Shown: piece after piece, positions 1 to 9,910 of the stretch
Layout: every line of letters begins with the position of its first letter
Position numbering within the stretch: the first letter of the stretch is position 1
Assembly: GCF_000012805.1 (NCBI RefSeq)
Contig: NC_007484.1
Span: 660,001 to 692,000 of the forward strand
Direction: 5' to 3'
From: Nitrosococcus oceani ATCC 19707
GTDB taxonomy: Bacteria > Pseudomonadota > Gammaproteobacteria > Nitrosococcales > Nitrosococcaceae
Length of the DNA: 32,000 nucleotides
Position numbers and translations under genes: made by a program
Notes under the pieces: generated by a model
Database searches by the model: none
Seen by the model: the letters and a program-made list of their open reading frames with translations, nothing else
Told to the model about the DNA's origin: nothing

Positions 1-193
1 AGCGTATCTGCGCTATTTTATCCTTAAGCGTAAAGTAGAAATGCCCGGAAGAAGGGCGCGATAAATTGGATATTTCCCCTTCGATCCAGAGCAGGGGAAA
101 ACTGCCTTCCAGGATGTGGCGAGCTTCGCGTGTTAAGCGTGATATGGTGTAGATTTCCCGGGTGGGATTTAGATTGTGGGAGGGGCTTTCCAT
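1..193 (-). CDS. xseA: Exodeoxyribonuclease VII large subunit, N-terminal part (partial, runs off the window start)
   Basis: Not in the ORF track because it is truncated. The reverse complement from the ATG at 193-191 translates to MESPSHNLNPTREIYTISRLTREARHILEGSFPLLWIEGEISNLSRPSSGHFYFTLKDKIAQIR. This matches the remembered XseA N-terminal OB-fold pattern (V/ISxLxxxxxxLLExxFxxxWxxGEISNxxxxxSGHxYFxLKDxxAQ). It is divergent from guaBA, as in E. coli. Confidence 0.75.
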   Translation of the reverse strand, partial: MESPSHNLNPTREIYTISRLTREARHILEGSFPLLWIEGEISNLSRPSSGHFYFTLKDKIAQIR

Positions 194-1740
<1,547 letters not shown>

Positions 1741-1741
1741 G

Positions 1742-3316
1742 ATGAGCGATCTTTACGCCCACCGTATCCTGATTCTTGATTTTGGTTCCCAGTATACCCA
1801 GCTGATTGCCCGCCGGGTCCGGGAAGCAGGAGTCTACTGCGAAATCCACCCCTATGATATGGCCGAGTCGACCCTGCGGGATTTTGCCCCACGGGGTATT
1901 ATCCTTTCCGGCGGACCAGCTTCTACGGTAGGGGAAACCGCGCCCCGACTCTCCCCACTGATTTTTGAGTTGGGCGTGCCGTTGCTGGGCATTTGCTATG
2001 GCATGCAGGTAATGGCAGCCCAATTGGGGGGGCGGGTGGAAGTCTCCGCTCAGCGGGAATATGGTTATGCCCAAGTGTACGTCCATGGTCATTCACGGCT
2101 GCTCCAGAATATCGAAGACCATACCACCGCCGGAGGTGAGGCGTTATTGGATGTGTGGATGAGTCATGGGGATCGGGTGATAGGCTTGCCGGAGGGATTT
2201 AAGCGGATTGCCGCAACGGCCCATGCGCCCCTGGCGGGAATGGCCGATGAGAAGCGGCGTTTCTATGGTTTCCAGTTCCACCCGGAAGTGACCCACACCC
2301 GTCAGGGAATTCGCATTCTGGAGCGCTTTATCTATGATATTTGTGGCTGCGAAGCCCTCTGGGAGCCCCGCCATATTATCGCCAAGAGTATTGAAAATAT
2401 ACGAACCAAAGTGGGCGCTGATACCGTGCTGCTGGGACTCTCCGGGGGGGTCGACTCCTCGGTTGCCGCGGCTTTGTTGCATAAGGCCATTGGCGATCAA
2501 CTCATTTGTGTGTTTGTGGACAATGGCCTGCTGCGCCAGGGAGAGGCCGATCAGGTTATGGCCACTTTTGCCCGTCATCTAGGCATTAAAGTTATCCATA
2601 TCTCGGCTGAAACCCGGTTTTTGGAAGCCCTGGCCGGGGTGATCGATCCGGAGGCGAAACGGAAAATTATTGGGCGGGTATTTATCGAGGTTTTTGAAGA
2701 AGAAGCCGCCAAATTGCCTAATGCGCAGTGGTTGGCCCAGGGCACGATTTATCCTGATGTGATCGAATCCGCGGGAGGCAAAACGGGAAAGGCCCAGGTC
2801 ATCAAGTCCCATCATAATGTGGGGGGGCTCCCCGAGGAGCTTAATTTAAAGCTCCTTGAGCCTCTGCGGGAACTGTTCAAGGATGAAGTGCGCCAACTCG
2901 GCACCGAACTGGGATTGCCCTTTGAGCTTGTCTACCGACACCCATTTCCAGGGCCGGGGCTGGGCGTACGGATTCTAGGTGAGGTTAAAAAAGAATACGC
3001 GGATTTGCTTCGCCTGGCGGATGCTATTTTTATTGAAGAATTACACGCTCATGATTGGTACGATAAGGTGAGTCAGGCTTTCGCCGTATTTTTGCCAGTA
3101 AAGTCCGTGGGTGTTATGGGCGATGGACGCTGCTACGATTTTGTGGTTGCCCTGCGGGCGGTGGAGAGCGTGGATTTCATGACTGCCCGTTGGGCTCATT
3201 TGCCCTACGATTTTTTGGATCATGTTTCCCGTCGCATTATTAACGAGGTAGCGGGTATTTCCCGGGTTACTTATGATATTTCCGGGAAACCTCCTGCAAC
3301 GATTGAGTGGGAATGA
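1742..3316 (+). CDS. guaA: GMP synthase (glutamine-hydrolysing)
   Basis: The N-terminus [28 protein letters not shown] is typical of GuaA. It has the GATase catalytic motif GICYGMQ, the ATP-PPase P-loop SGGVDSS, and the C-terminal PPATIEWE. I prefer the ATG at 1742 over the track start at 1694, because 1694 overlaps guaB and adds a non-conserved leader. Confidence 0.97.
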   Translation: MSDLYAHRILILDFGSQYTQLIARRVREAGVYCEIHPYDMAESTLRDFAPRGIILSGGPASTVGETAPRLSPLIFELGVPLLGICYGMQVMAAQLGGRVEVSAQREYGYAQVYVHGHSRLLQNIEDHTTAGGEALLDVWMSHGDRVIGLPEGFKRIAATAHAPLAGMADEKRRFYGFQFHPEVTHTRQGIRILERFIYDICGCEALWEPRHIIAKSIENIRTKVGADTVLLGLSGGVDSSVAAALLHKAIGDQLICVFVDNGLLRQGEADQVMATFARHLGIKVIHISAETRFLEALAGVIDPEAKRKIIGRVFIEVFEEEAAKLPNAQWLAQGTIYPDVIESAGGKTGKAQVIKSHHNVGGLPEELNLKLLEPLRELFKDEVRQLGTELGLPFELVYRHPFPGPGLGVRILGEVKKEYADLLRLADAIFIEELHAHDWYDKVSQAFAVFLPVKSVGVMGDGRCYDFVVALRAVESVDFMTARWAHLPYDFLDHVSRRIINEVAGISRVTYDISGKPPATIEWE

Positions 3317-3363
3317 TTCCGCGTCTGGCGCTGTCTGGTACCTACTAGCATTAAATCAAACAT

Positions 3364-3390
3364 AACCCATTGTAATAGATGGGTTTTTTC
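3364..3390 (+). terminator. Rho-independent terminator-like hairpin downstream of guaA
   Basis: AACCCAT (3364-3370) pairs with ATGGGTT (3379-3385) across an 8-nt loop. A T-run follows directly (3386-3389). Confidence 0.55.
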
Positions 3391-3445
3391 TTTATATGCC
3401 TGGCACTGACAGGCACTCTCTAGCACCACCAAGCAGACTTTTTTA

Positions 3446-3598
3446 ATGGTATGTTTGATGGTATTGTCCGACCTAATACCACGGCTTCATAGAAATACCA
3501 TACCATGATTCTTAAACTGATCATGGTATGGGAAATAATCAAGCTATTGATATTAAAGGATAAATAAGCGAAATAACTGCCATATTTGATCATGGTAT
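3446..3598. repeat. Cluster of ATGGTAT / ATACCAT heptamers upstream of the integrase gene (candidate arm-type integrase/excisionase binding sites, attL arm)
   Basis: ATGGTAT occurs at 3446-3452, 3458-3464, 3523-3529 and 3592-3598. The inverted copy ATACCAT occurs at 3495-3501 and 3500-3506, and AATACCA at 3475-3481. The 12-mer TGATCATGGTAT is repeated exactly at 3518-3529 and 3587-3598. Confidence 0.5.
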
Positions 3599-3623
3599 TT
3601 AGAACGTGCTAGAGAGAATCCCC

Positions 3624-4823
3624 ATGCTGACTGATACCAAGCTTCGCAACCTGAAACCTAAAGACAAACTCTACAAGGTCAATGACCGCGATGGGCTTTA
3701 CGTGGCGGTTACGCCGGCAGGGACAATCTCATTCAGGCACAACTATTCCATCAGCGGTCGCCAGGAGACATTGACGATTGGTCGGTATGGCACTGGTGGC
3801 ATTACGCTCGCTGAAGCTCGCGAACGACTGAGCGAAGCAAAAAAAATGATTACCGCCGGCAAGTCTCCGGCCAGAGAGAAGGCTCGCGACAAGGCGCGGG
3901 TGAAGGATGCTGAAACATTCGGGGCGTGGGCGGAAAAGTGGATGCGTGGTTATCAGATGGCTGATTCCACACGTGACATGCGTAAGTCAGTCTACAACCG
4001 TGAGTTGAAAAAGCGCTTTGGCAATCAAAAATTGTCTGAGATTACCCATGAGGATCTCCGTGCAGTAACTGATTCCATCGTGGAAAGAGGTGCTCCGGCA
4101 ACAGCAGTTCATGCTCGTGAAGTGGTGCTACAGGTCTTTCGTTGGGCGATTGAGCGCGGGCAGAAAGTAGAGAACCCGGCGGAACTGGTTCGCCCTACCA
4201 GTATCGCCAGATTCGAGCCGCGCGATCGGGCATTGAGTCCTGCCGAAATTGGTCTGATGTATCGGTATATGGATCGAGTCGGGACGTCGCCGCAATATAG
4301 AGCCGCGATAAAACTGTTGTTGCTGACCATGGTGAGAAAGTCTGAGCTGTCTAACGCTACCTGGTCGGAAATCAATTTTAGCGAGGCTCTTTGGACTATA
4401 CCGAAAGAGCGCATGAAGCGTAGAAACCCGCACTTAGTATTTCTGTCACGTCAGGCTCTGGACATCTTTATCGCATTGAAGACCTTTGCCGGTGGATCCG
4501 AATTTGTGCTCCCCTCGCGCTATGACTCGGACATACCGATGAGCGCTGCAACCTTGAACCGCGTTCTAGCATTGACGTATCGGGCGGCCCAGAAAGACGG
4601 CAAACAGCTCAGCAAATTCGGCCCGCACGACCTGCGTCGCACGGCCAGCACGCTACTGCACGAGTCCGGGTATAACACGGACTGGATTGAAAAGTGTCTT
4701 GCCCACGAACAGAAAGGTGTGCGGGCGATCTACAACAAAGCAGAGTACCGAGAGCAGCGGGTTGAGATGTTACAAGATTGGGCGGATATGATTGACGAGT
4801 GGACTAACGTGAAGCGGCAGTAA
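3624..4823 (+). CDS. int: P4-like tyrosine integrase (DUF4102-type N-terminal arm-binding domain plus phage integrase catalytic domain)
   Basis: The N-terminus MLTDTKLRNLKPKDKLYKVNDRDGLYVAVTPAG is the classic P4-integrase-family start. The catalytic region contains HDLRRTAST and LAHE...YNKAEY. I prefer the ATG at 3624 to the GTG at 3606. Confidence 0.9.
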   Translation: MLTDTKLRNLKPKDKLYKVNDRDGLYVAVTPAGTISFRHNYSISGRQETLTIGRYGTGGITLAEARERLSEAKKMITAGKSPAREKARDKARVKDAETFGAWAEKWMRGYQMADSTRDMRKSVYNRELKKRFGNQKLSEITHEDLRAVTDSIVERGAPATAVHAREVVLQVFRWAIERGQKVENPAELVRPTSIARFEPRDRALSPAEIGLMYRYMDRVGTSPQYRAAIKLLLLTMVRKSELSNATWSEINFSEALWTIPKERMKRRNPHLVFLSRQALDIFIALKTFAGGSEFVLPSRYDSDIPMSAATLNRVLALTYRAAQKDGKQLSKFGPHDLRRTASTLLHESGYNTDWIEKCLAHEQKGVRAIYNKAEYREQRVEMLQDWADMIDEWTNVKRQ

Positions 4824-5016
4824 AGCCAGGGCGGCGCGCTTGGTCGTCAGTGCGTTTTCGCGCTTCAATCCAATCCTCCACCTCGGCTAAGTCCCAAGCT
4901 ACATTGCGGCTCGTCAGTACGATTCGTCGGGGAAAGTCTCCACGTTTTTCCATATTGAAGATTGCGCGATCTGAAAGCGGAATCATCGCCAGCAATGTTC
5001 TTCGATTGATCAGCAT
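4804..5016 (-). CDS. AlpA-family HTH protein (excisionase / transcriptional regulator)
   Basis: The sequence ...LSDRAIFNMEKRGDFPRRIVLTSRNVAWDLAEVEDWIEARK fits the AlpA/Xis pattern (GxFPxPxxLxxRxVxWxxxEVxxWI). It is convergent with int and overlaps it by 20 nt. The start is uncertain: the track gives 5049, and the internal Met at 5016 gives the usual size of about 70 aa. Confidence 0.7.
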   Translation of the reverse strand: MLINRRTLLAMIPLSDRAIFNMEKRGDFPRRIVLTSRNVAWDLAEVEDWIEARKRTDDQARRPGFTAASR

Positions 5017-5309
5017 CTTACTTGGTCGGTTTTGGCTTCCAGCATCCATTGATATTCTCTCTCTTACCCCCGACTGCGCCTCTTAGAGTTGTGGGGCTGC
5101 GATACGTAAACGTTAGCACCGTGCAAATCATTTTGGCAAAAGAGAATGTTTAGCAAAGTGATAAATACCTTGCCAGATCATTCGGTGGTGATAAGGGTGG
5201 ATCGGAGTAGGGTGACCGGTCGTGACAGCGTATCGTCCGCGTCAATCGCCTGAGATTTGGCCCCTGGTTGGGATTCTTCTTGCTTACTTTCTGAGGAGAA
5301 GAGGGTAGT

Positions 5310-5987
5310 TCAGACTACTTCCCCCTTAAAAACGATAACGCCGCAGATTGTGGCTTCTTCATCAACTTCAATGATGCGATTCGGCCAGTCGGGGTTAAGC
5401 GCTTTCAGGTACTGCTTTCCGTCTTCGATAATCAGTTGTTTGAACGTTGCTTCATTAGATTCATCGAGTCTAACAACCACGTACTTTCCGTGGTCAGCCG
5501 AGACATTGGGATCGACAAAAATTAAGTCATCCTCATGAAACTTGGGCTCCATACTGCTTCCTCGAACCCTGAGGACGAAGGACTCCGGGCTGCAACGCAC
5601 CGGGCAGGGTAAAAGCTCGGACCCGTACGCCGGAACAAAACTCTCAGAAACTTCATACCAATTCCCTGCCTGAACCCACGAGATAAGCGGGTGGAGACTG
5701 CGCAAATCGGGACCGTCGTGGGCGTTATTTTCTTCCTGCGGCGTAGTCCCATCTGCAGGCAGAGTATCCATCCATCCTTGGGGCTTTTTCATTGCCTTTT
5801 CCAGTTTTCCCGCCAGCTCGTCTCCGATAGAACGCGGCGTGCCCTTCTTGGTGGGAAGCTGATTGCGTACCTGGCTGAGATAGGAGCTATTTGTCCCGGC
5901 CATGCGTGCCAGCTTGGCGGCCGACCCTGCTTCGGTAATCAGAACTTCGAGATTGTGGAGCCGAATCTGATTGTGTTTTAGCGTCAT
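5310..5987 (-). CDS. CI/LexA-like repressor with C-terminal S24 self-cleaving peptidase domain
   Basis: N-terminal HTH-like segment (AAKLARMAGTNSSYLSQVRN). The C-terminal S24 signature has Ser in VRGSSMEP and Lys in ATFKQL. It is divergent from a Cro-like ORF. The start could be 5996 or 5987. Confidence 0.8.
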   Translation of the reverse strand: MTLKHNQIRLHNLEVLITEAGSAAKLARMAGTNSSYLSQVRNQLPTKKGTPRSIGDELAGKLEKAMKKPQGWMDTLPADGTTPQEENNAHDGPDLRSLHPLISWVQAGNWYEVSESFVPAYGSELLPCPVRCSPESFVLRVRGSSMEPKFHEDDLIFVDPNVSADHGKYVVVRLDESNEATFKQLIIEDGKQYLKALNPDWPNRIIEVDEEATICGVIVFKGEVV

Positions 5988-5996
5988 GCGAAACAA

Positions 5997-6083
5997 TTTA
6001 GCAGAATGTTTAGCAGAATGCTAAGCAAAAACCTGAATCGCGTCGTTGTTCAATGATTCGCACGGTGCTAATGTTTCTAAGCA
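5997..6083. promoter_or_regulatory. Divergent CI/Cro promoter-operator region with repeated TTAGCA/TGCTAA half-sites
   Basis: Exact tandem 12-mer TTTAGCAGAATG at 5997-6008 and 6009-6020. Perfect 15-bp palindrome TTAGCAGAATGCTAA at 6010-6024. Another TGCTAA...TAAGCA element at 6066-6083. The 13-mer AGAATGTTTAGCA (6003-6015) recurs at 5143-5155, upstream of the AlpA-like gene. Confidence 0.5.
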
Positions 6084-6376
6084 TGGAGCTAAAGGAATTT
6101 CTTAAAGTGGCAACCAAGCGGGAACGCGCTGATGTCGCTGTGGCATGCAGTGATTCAGTGTCCTACTTGTACCAGATTGCCGGCGAACACCGCTATGCGA
6201 GCCCCTGGATGGCGACGCAGATCGAGCGGCAGACGCGTGTTGTGGCCGACCTTTCCGATGGTCGATTAGAGCCCGTGCCGCGGGCCAGTATGGTCCGTCA
6301 CCCTGAAATCTTCTACGACGTCGGTCTGCGAGAAAATACTCAAGAAACGGGTGGAGACGATGACGGCACCCGATGA
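6083..6376 (+). CDS. Small Cro/YdaS-like regulator (hypothetical)
   Basis: Its position is divergent from the CI-like repressor. A short basic/HTH-like segment (SVSYLYQIAGEHRYASPWMATQIERQT) is present. The start is ambiguous (6053 or 6083). Confidence 0.45.
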   Translation: MELKEFLKVATKRERADVAVACSDSVSYLYQIAGEHRYASPWMATQIERQTRVVADLSDGRLEPVPRASMVRHPEIFYDVGLRENTQETGGDDDGTR

Positions 6377-7892
6377 ATCGGCACAGGTCCACGGAATATC
6401 CCGTGTTGACGTCACCCATATCCACCACTATTCACGTAATCCCCGGCGGCAGCAGAACCCAGAATACGACCGCATCAAGGCGTCGATTCGAGCTGAAGGC
6501 CTGGATCAACCACTGGTGCTTTCACAGGAGCCCGGGACTTCGGACTATGTGCTCCACAGTGGCGGCAACACGCGGCTGAAGATTCTTAAAGATCTATTTG
6601 AAGAGACCGGAGACGATCGTTTCCGCTGGGTCAATTGCGTCATCAAGCCCTGGTCACAGGAATCCAATCTGCTTTTTGCCCACCTGCGTGAAAACGAACT
6701 GCGTGGTGCATTGCCATTTATCGATAAGGCCTTGGCTGTCTTTGACGCGAAAGCCCTTCTTGAAAAAGAGCTGGCTGTCGAGACCTTGTCCCAGCGGCAA
6801 TTGGAAGAGCTGTTCAGAGAACGGGGGTTCGGCCTGAGCCACAGCATGATTTCTAAAATGGGATATGCCGTTGACACATTGTGGCCAGTAATGCCGAAAG
6901 CGCTGGCAGCCGGGTTAGGGCGGCCTCAAGTGGAAAAAATTCGTGCTCTTGAGCGGGCAGCTCGCGAGATCTGGGATCGCCGGCAACTCGGTGAAGACAT
7001 GGATTTCAACGCTGTGTTTCTCGAGCTGTGTCGACGTCACGACTGTTCCGAGTGGGACATCCAGCCATTGCGCGATGCGCTAGAAAACGAAATTGCCGAC
7101 GAGTCAGAACAGAATCGTCAGGTGGTTTATCTGGAAATGGAGGCGCAGTTATCAGGCCGACCTTTCGATTTTGTGAGCCAACCTGTAGAAGGCGAGGAAG
7201 AAGAGCAAGGCGGTACATCGGACAAGGTCTGTCGGCAGGAGAAAAACCAGTCTGCTGACATAGACCCAGTCAATGGTTCATCCCTTGGCCGCGAGCCGAA
7301 GCCTACCCAACCCCTTGATAGCAATAAGCCCAATGGGGAATCCGGAGCCAAAACACCTGCGCCTGAATTCACCCAGAATAGAAAAACGAGTCTTACCAGT
7401 AGGGATCTACGTTCATTGCGCGCTCAGTTGTGGGAGTGCGCTGCCGCCCTGGCGGAACACCATGGCTTGGGTGAAGCCGTCATTCAACTGAAGGATCAAG
7501 GACTCGGATTGCTATTGGTCGAGGTTCCTCCGCAGGAGCTGATCGATACGCTTGACCCGGACATGCTGGGTTTAGTCTCCGCGCTGTGGTGGCAACTGGC
7601 TGCCAGCGCTGAATTGACCGTTGCGCCGATTGATATTGTTCTCCACTACCTGAACAAATCTTCAGCGCTGCATGAGGCACTGGCGTCTCATGATGCAGGT
7701 TTGCTTTTTAGCAGTGTTTGGACACCGGATCCAGGTCATATGAGCAGCTTGCTCTGGCAACAGCTAAACCCACCGGATTGGCAAGTCTTACTTCGGATGA
7801 TGGAAACGTACCGAGCCATAAAACGGCTGGCGTACGACACAGGTATCGAATTGTGGGTGCCGATCGCGGGTGGTGGCAATGTCATCCAATAA
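6351..7892 (+). CDS. parB: ParB-like nuclease-domain protein, ICE (PFGI-1) class
   Basis: ParB N-terminal box motifs (HHYSRNPRR, IRAEGLDQPLVL, LHSGGNTRL) are followed by a long acidic/low-complexity C-terminal extension, as in ICE ParB-like proteins. Confidence 0.8.
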   Translation: METMTAPDESAQVHGISRVDVTHIHHYSRNPRRQQNPEYDRIKASIRAEGLDQPLVLSQEPGTSDYVLHSGGNTRLKILKDLFEETGDDRFRWVNCVIKPWSQESNLLFAHLRENELRGALPFIDKALAVFDAKALLEKELAVETLSQRQLEELFRERGFGLSHSMISKMGYAVDTLWPVMPKALAAGLGRPQVEKIRALERAAREIWDRRQLGEDMDFNAVFLELCRRHDCSEWDIQPLRDALENEIADESEQNRQVVYLEMEAQLSGRPFDFVSQPVEGEEEEQGGTSDKVCRQEKNQSADIDPVNGSSLGREPKPTQPLDSNKPNGESGAKTPAPEFTQNRKTSLTSRDLRSLRAQLWECAAALAEHHGLGEAVIQLKDQGLGLLLVEVPPQELIDTLDPDMLGLVSALWWQLAASAELTVAPIDIVLHYLNKSSALHEALASHDAGLLFSSVWTPDPGHMSSLLWQQLNPPDWQVLLRMMETYRAIKRLAYDTGIELWVPIAGGGNVIQ

Positions 7893-8481
7893 AGAGGCTG
7901 ATCTTACGACTGCCGTTCTGCTGTATGCCATGCGCTGTCTGGCGGAAGGGGACCAACAGGCGTTGCGGGCGATGAATTTTGGTCCGAAAGAACTGGACGC
8001 CTTAAAGGAAATGAATCTGGCAGATATCTATCGAGCTGACGCTTTACGGGTGCACTGTCTGCAGATTGGTCTTAATCGCGATGTCTTCTGGCCGATGCTA
8101 GAACACCTGCGCCATCAGCGGGAATCGGAAGACTTGCAGCGAAAACTCCTGGCCTCCGATGCACCCTTGGAAATGATGCAGCAACTGTTCGGTTTGAGCT
8201 CGCGCGAATACACCCGCTGGCGTCGGTTACTGACATTGGCGCCTTCGGTGGGAAGACCGGCGGAGTTGAACGAGCCTGATACTCACGCCCTCTGGTACGC
8301 CTGGCAGGAGCTGCAAGAAAAGAAAGAGCGCAGCACGCTGTCCGCAGCGGATTATCTCGAACTTCAACAGCAGACACACATTGGCCTGCGCGCGATCTGG
8401 GTGCTGGTGCAGCGTTGGGAAGCCTATGGCGAAGGAACCAGCACCGCTCCCATTACGCGGGTTGCAGAGCATGGCCGATGA
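7879..8481 (+). CDS. Conserved ICE protein (DUF2857-like), function unknown
   Basis: A coding-quality ORF that overlaps the end of the parB-like gene, suggesting coupling. In remembered PFGI-1-type ICEs a DUF2857 gene sits in this position after parB. The family call is by synteny only. Confidence 0.55.
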   Translation: MSSNKEADLTTAVLLYAMRCLAEGDQQALRAMNFGPKELDALKEMNLADIYRADALRVHCLQIGLNRDVFWPMLEHLRHQRESEDLQRKLLASDAPLEMMQQLFGLSSREYTRWRRLLTLAPSVGRPAELNEPDTHALWYAWQELQEKKERSTLSAADYLELQQQTHIGLRAIWVLVQRWEAYGEGTSTAPITRVAEHGR

Positions 8482-9730
8482 AGAGGAAACACTGCGGCCG
8501 GAGACCATTGCCCTCGATGCGTTAATCAAGGCGACCGTTGCCAAGATTCGTGAACAGACTGATCCGTCGCACCCGGACGCCATGTTGTTTATGGGTAATT
8601 GGCACCAGGCCGTTCCGGCAATGGTCATTCAGGATCCGGTGCTGGAACCCGTCGATAAACTGGTGTGGATGGTCATCATGCTGCATGCCAGAGAGACTGG
8701 CGGGCGAACGGCATTTCCCGACTACGATACGATCGCCAGTAAAACCAATGTTTCCTCAACCTCCACGGTCTCGCGCGCTATTGCGATCCTGCGTTTGACG
8801 CGCTGGCTGACCCTGTGCGCCCGGATCCGGCAAACGAGCGGCCGCTTCACGGGTAACGTCTACATACTCCACGATGAGCCGTTGCCACTGGTCGATGCCA
8901 TCTATCTGGACGATGCCTACATGGCGTTCGTGACTCAATCTCAGGAGCACCATCACGCGCGTGTCCGCCGCGTGGCTCAGGCTGTGACAGCGAGTCTCGA
9001 TATGGATATTCGTCGGGGTGAACATTTGGCGGACCAGGAATCAGCGATCGAGCGTCGATTACAGGCAGTGAAGATGCTGGCGGATACCAGCAGAAATAAC
9101 GACAAAAGCGGTCGCTATTTTACCTTCAACGCAGCGGCACTAAGCCAGCTGAAAAATTCGTCAGACACTGGAATTGCAGAGCAATCAGACCAGCACCAAT
9201 TTTCAAAGGCGGAGACGAAGACGCACTACAGTAGTGGTTGTAGTAGTCATTATAAAAAAACAACTACAACAACCACTACACAAAATACCCACAATGAAAA
9301 GAAAGCATTCTCCGAATCCAGCCAATCAATACCGTTGCCAACGGATCAAACGCTGATCTATCCACCACGTTTGTCGGAGAACCAGAAACTCCTGGCTGAT
9401 AGGTATCTTGCGATGATTGCGCCCGAAGACCGGCAGTTGGTGCTGGATGAACTGCAAGGCCGCCTGTCCTCTGAGCAAAAGGGTATGAAGCCCGTCTACG
9501 ACGAACTGAGGTTTTTGCACTCGCTGTGCAAGGCTGCGCAAAAAGATGAATTTGTGCCTAACCTGGGCATCAAGGTGGCGGAGGCTCGAAAAGAGCGGGT
9601 GCGTCATGTTCAACCGCCGGAAGATGAAACGCAGAAAGCCCAAACCGCCGAAGAACGAGAACGCTCCCAGGCCTATGCGCGTGAGCAACTGGCCAAGTTG
9701 CGCGCATCGTTGAACATGGACAAAAAATAA
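8471..9730 (+). CDS. STY4528-like pathogenicity-island/ICE replication-type protein (winged-helix-like N-domain)
   Basis: Position and size match the remembered STY4528 family in this ICE backbone. It contains a low-complexity SSGCSSHYKKTTTTTTTQ tract. The start is uncertain (8381, 8426 or 8471). Confidence 0.55.
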   Translation: MADEEETLRPETIALDALIKATVAKIREQTDPSHPDAMLFMGNWHQAVPAMVIQDPVLEPVDKLVWMVIMLHARETGGRTAFPDYDTIASKTNVSSTSTVSRAIAILRLTRWLTLCARIRQTSGRFTGNVYILHDEPLPLVDAIYLDDAYMAFVTQSQEHHHARVRRVAQAVTASLDMDIRRGEHLADQESAIERRLQAVKMLADTSRNNDKSGRYFTFNAAALSQLKNSSDTGIAEQSDQHQFSKAETKTHYSSGCSSHYKKTTTTTTTQNTHNEKKAFSESSQSIPLPTDQTLIYPPRLSENQKLLADRYLAMIAPEDRQLVLDELQGRLSSEQKGMKPVYDELRFLHSLCKAAQKDEFVPNLGIKVAEARKERVRHVQPPEDETQKAQTAEERERSQAYAREQLAKLRASLNMDKK

Positions 9731-9910
9731 AGTGGCATTGACTAGCACGGCCACCACTAAGTCTAAGCATTAGAAAAAAGTCCCCTGCGGTTCCACTGGA
9801 ACCATCCGGCCATCACAGCGGATAAACACCGCATCGGTCGGATAGATATTCCGTGGTCTCAGTTCCCGAATCGTGGATTCATAGCACGTTAGAAATGACG
9901 TTTCAGGGGA

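Noticed and set aside
3317-3605. Search for a tRNA/tmRNA gene as the ICE integration target
   Set aside because: I could find no cloverleaf-compatible GC-rich segment or conserved T-loop/anticodon-arm arrangement between guaA and int. The region is AT-rich repeat DNA.
3838-3848. Homopolymer runs inside CDSs (A8 in the integrase gene around 3841-3848; T8 in the 17849-18430 gene around 18191-18198) as possible phase-variation tracts
   Set aside because: Both are in frame, with the ORFs intact. Eight nucleotides is short for efficient slippage, and the window gives no evidence of variants.
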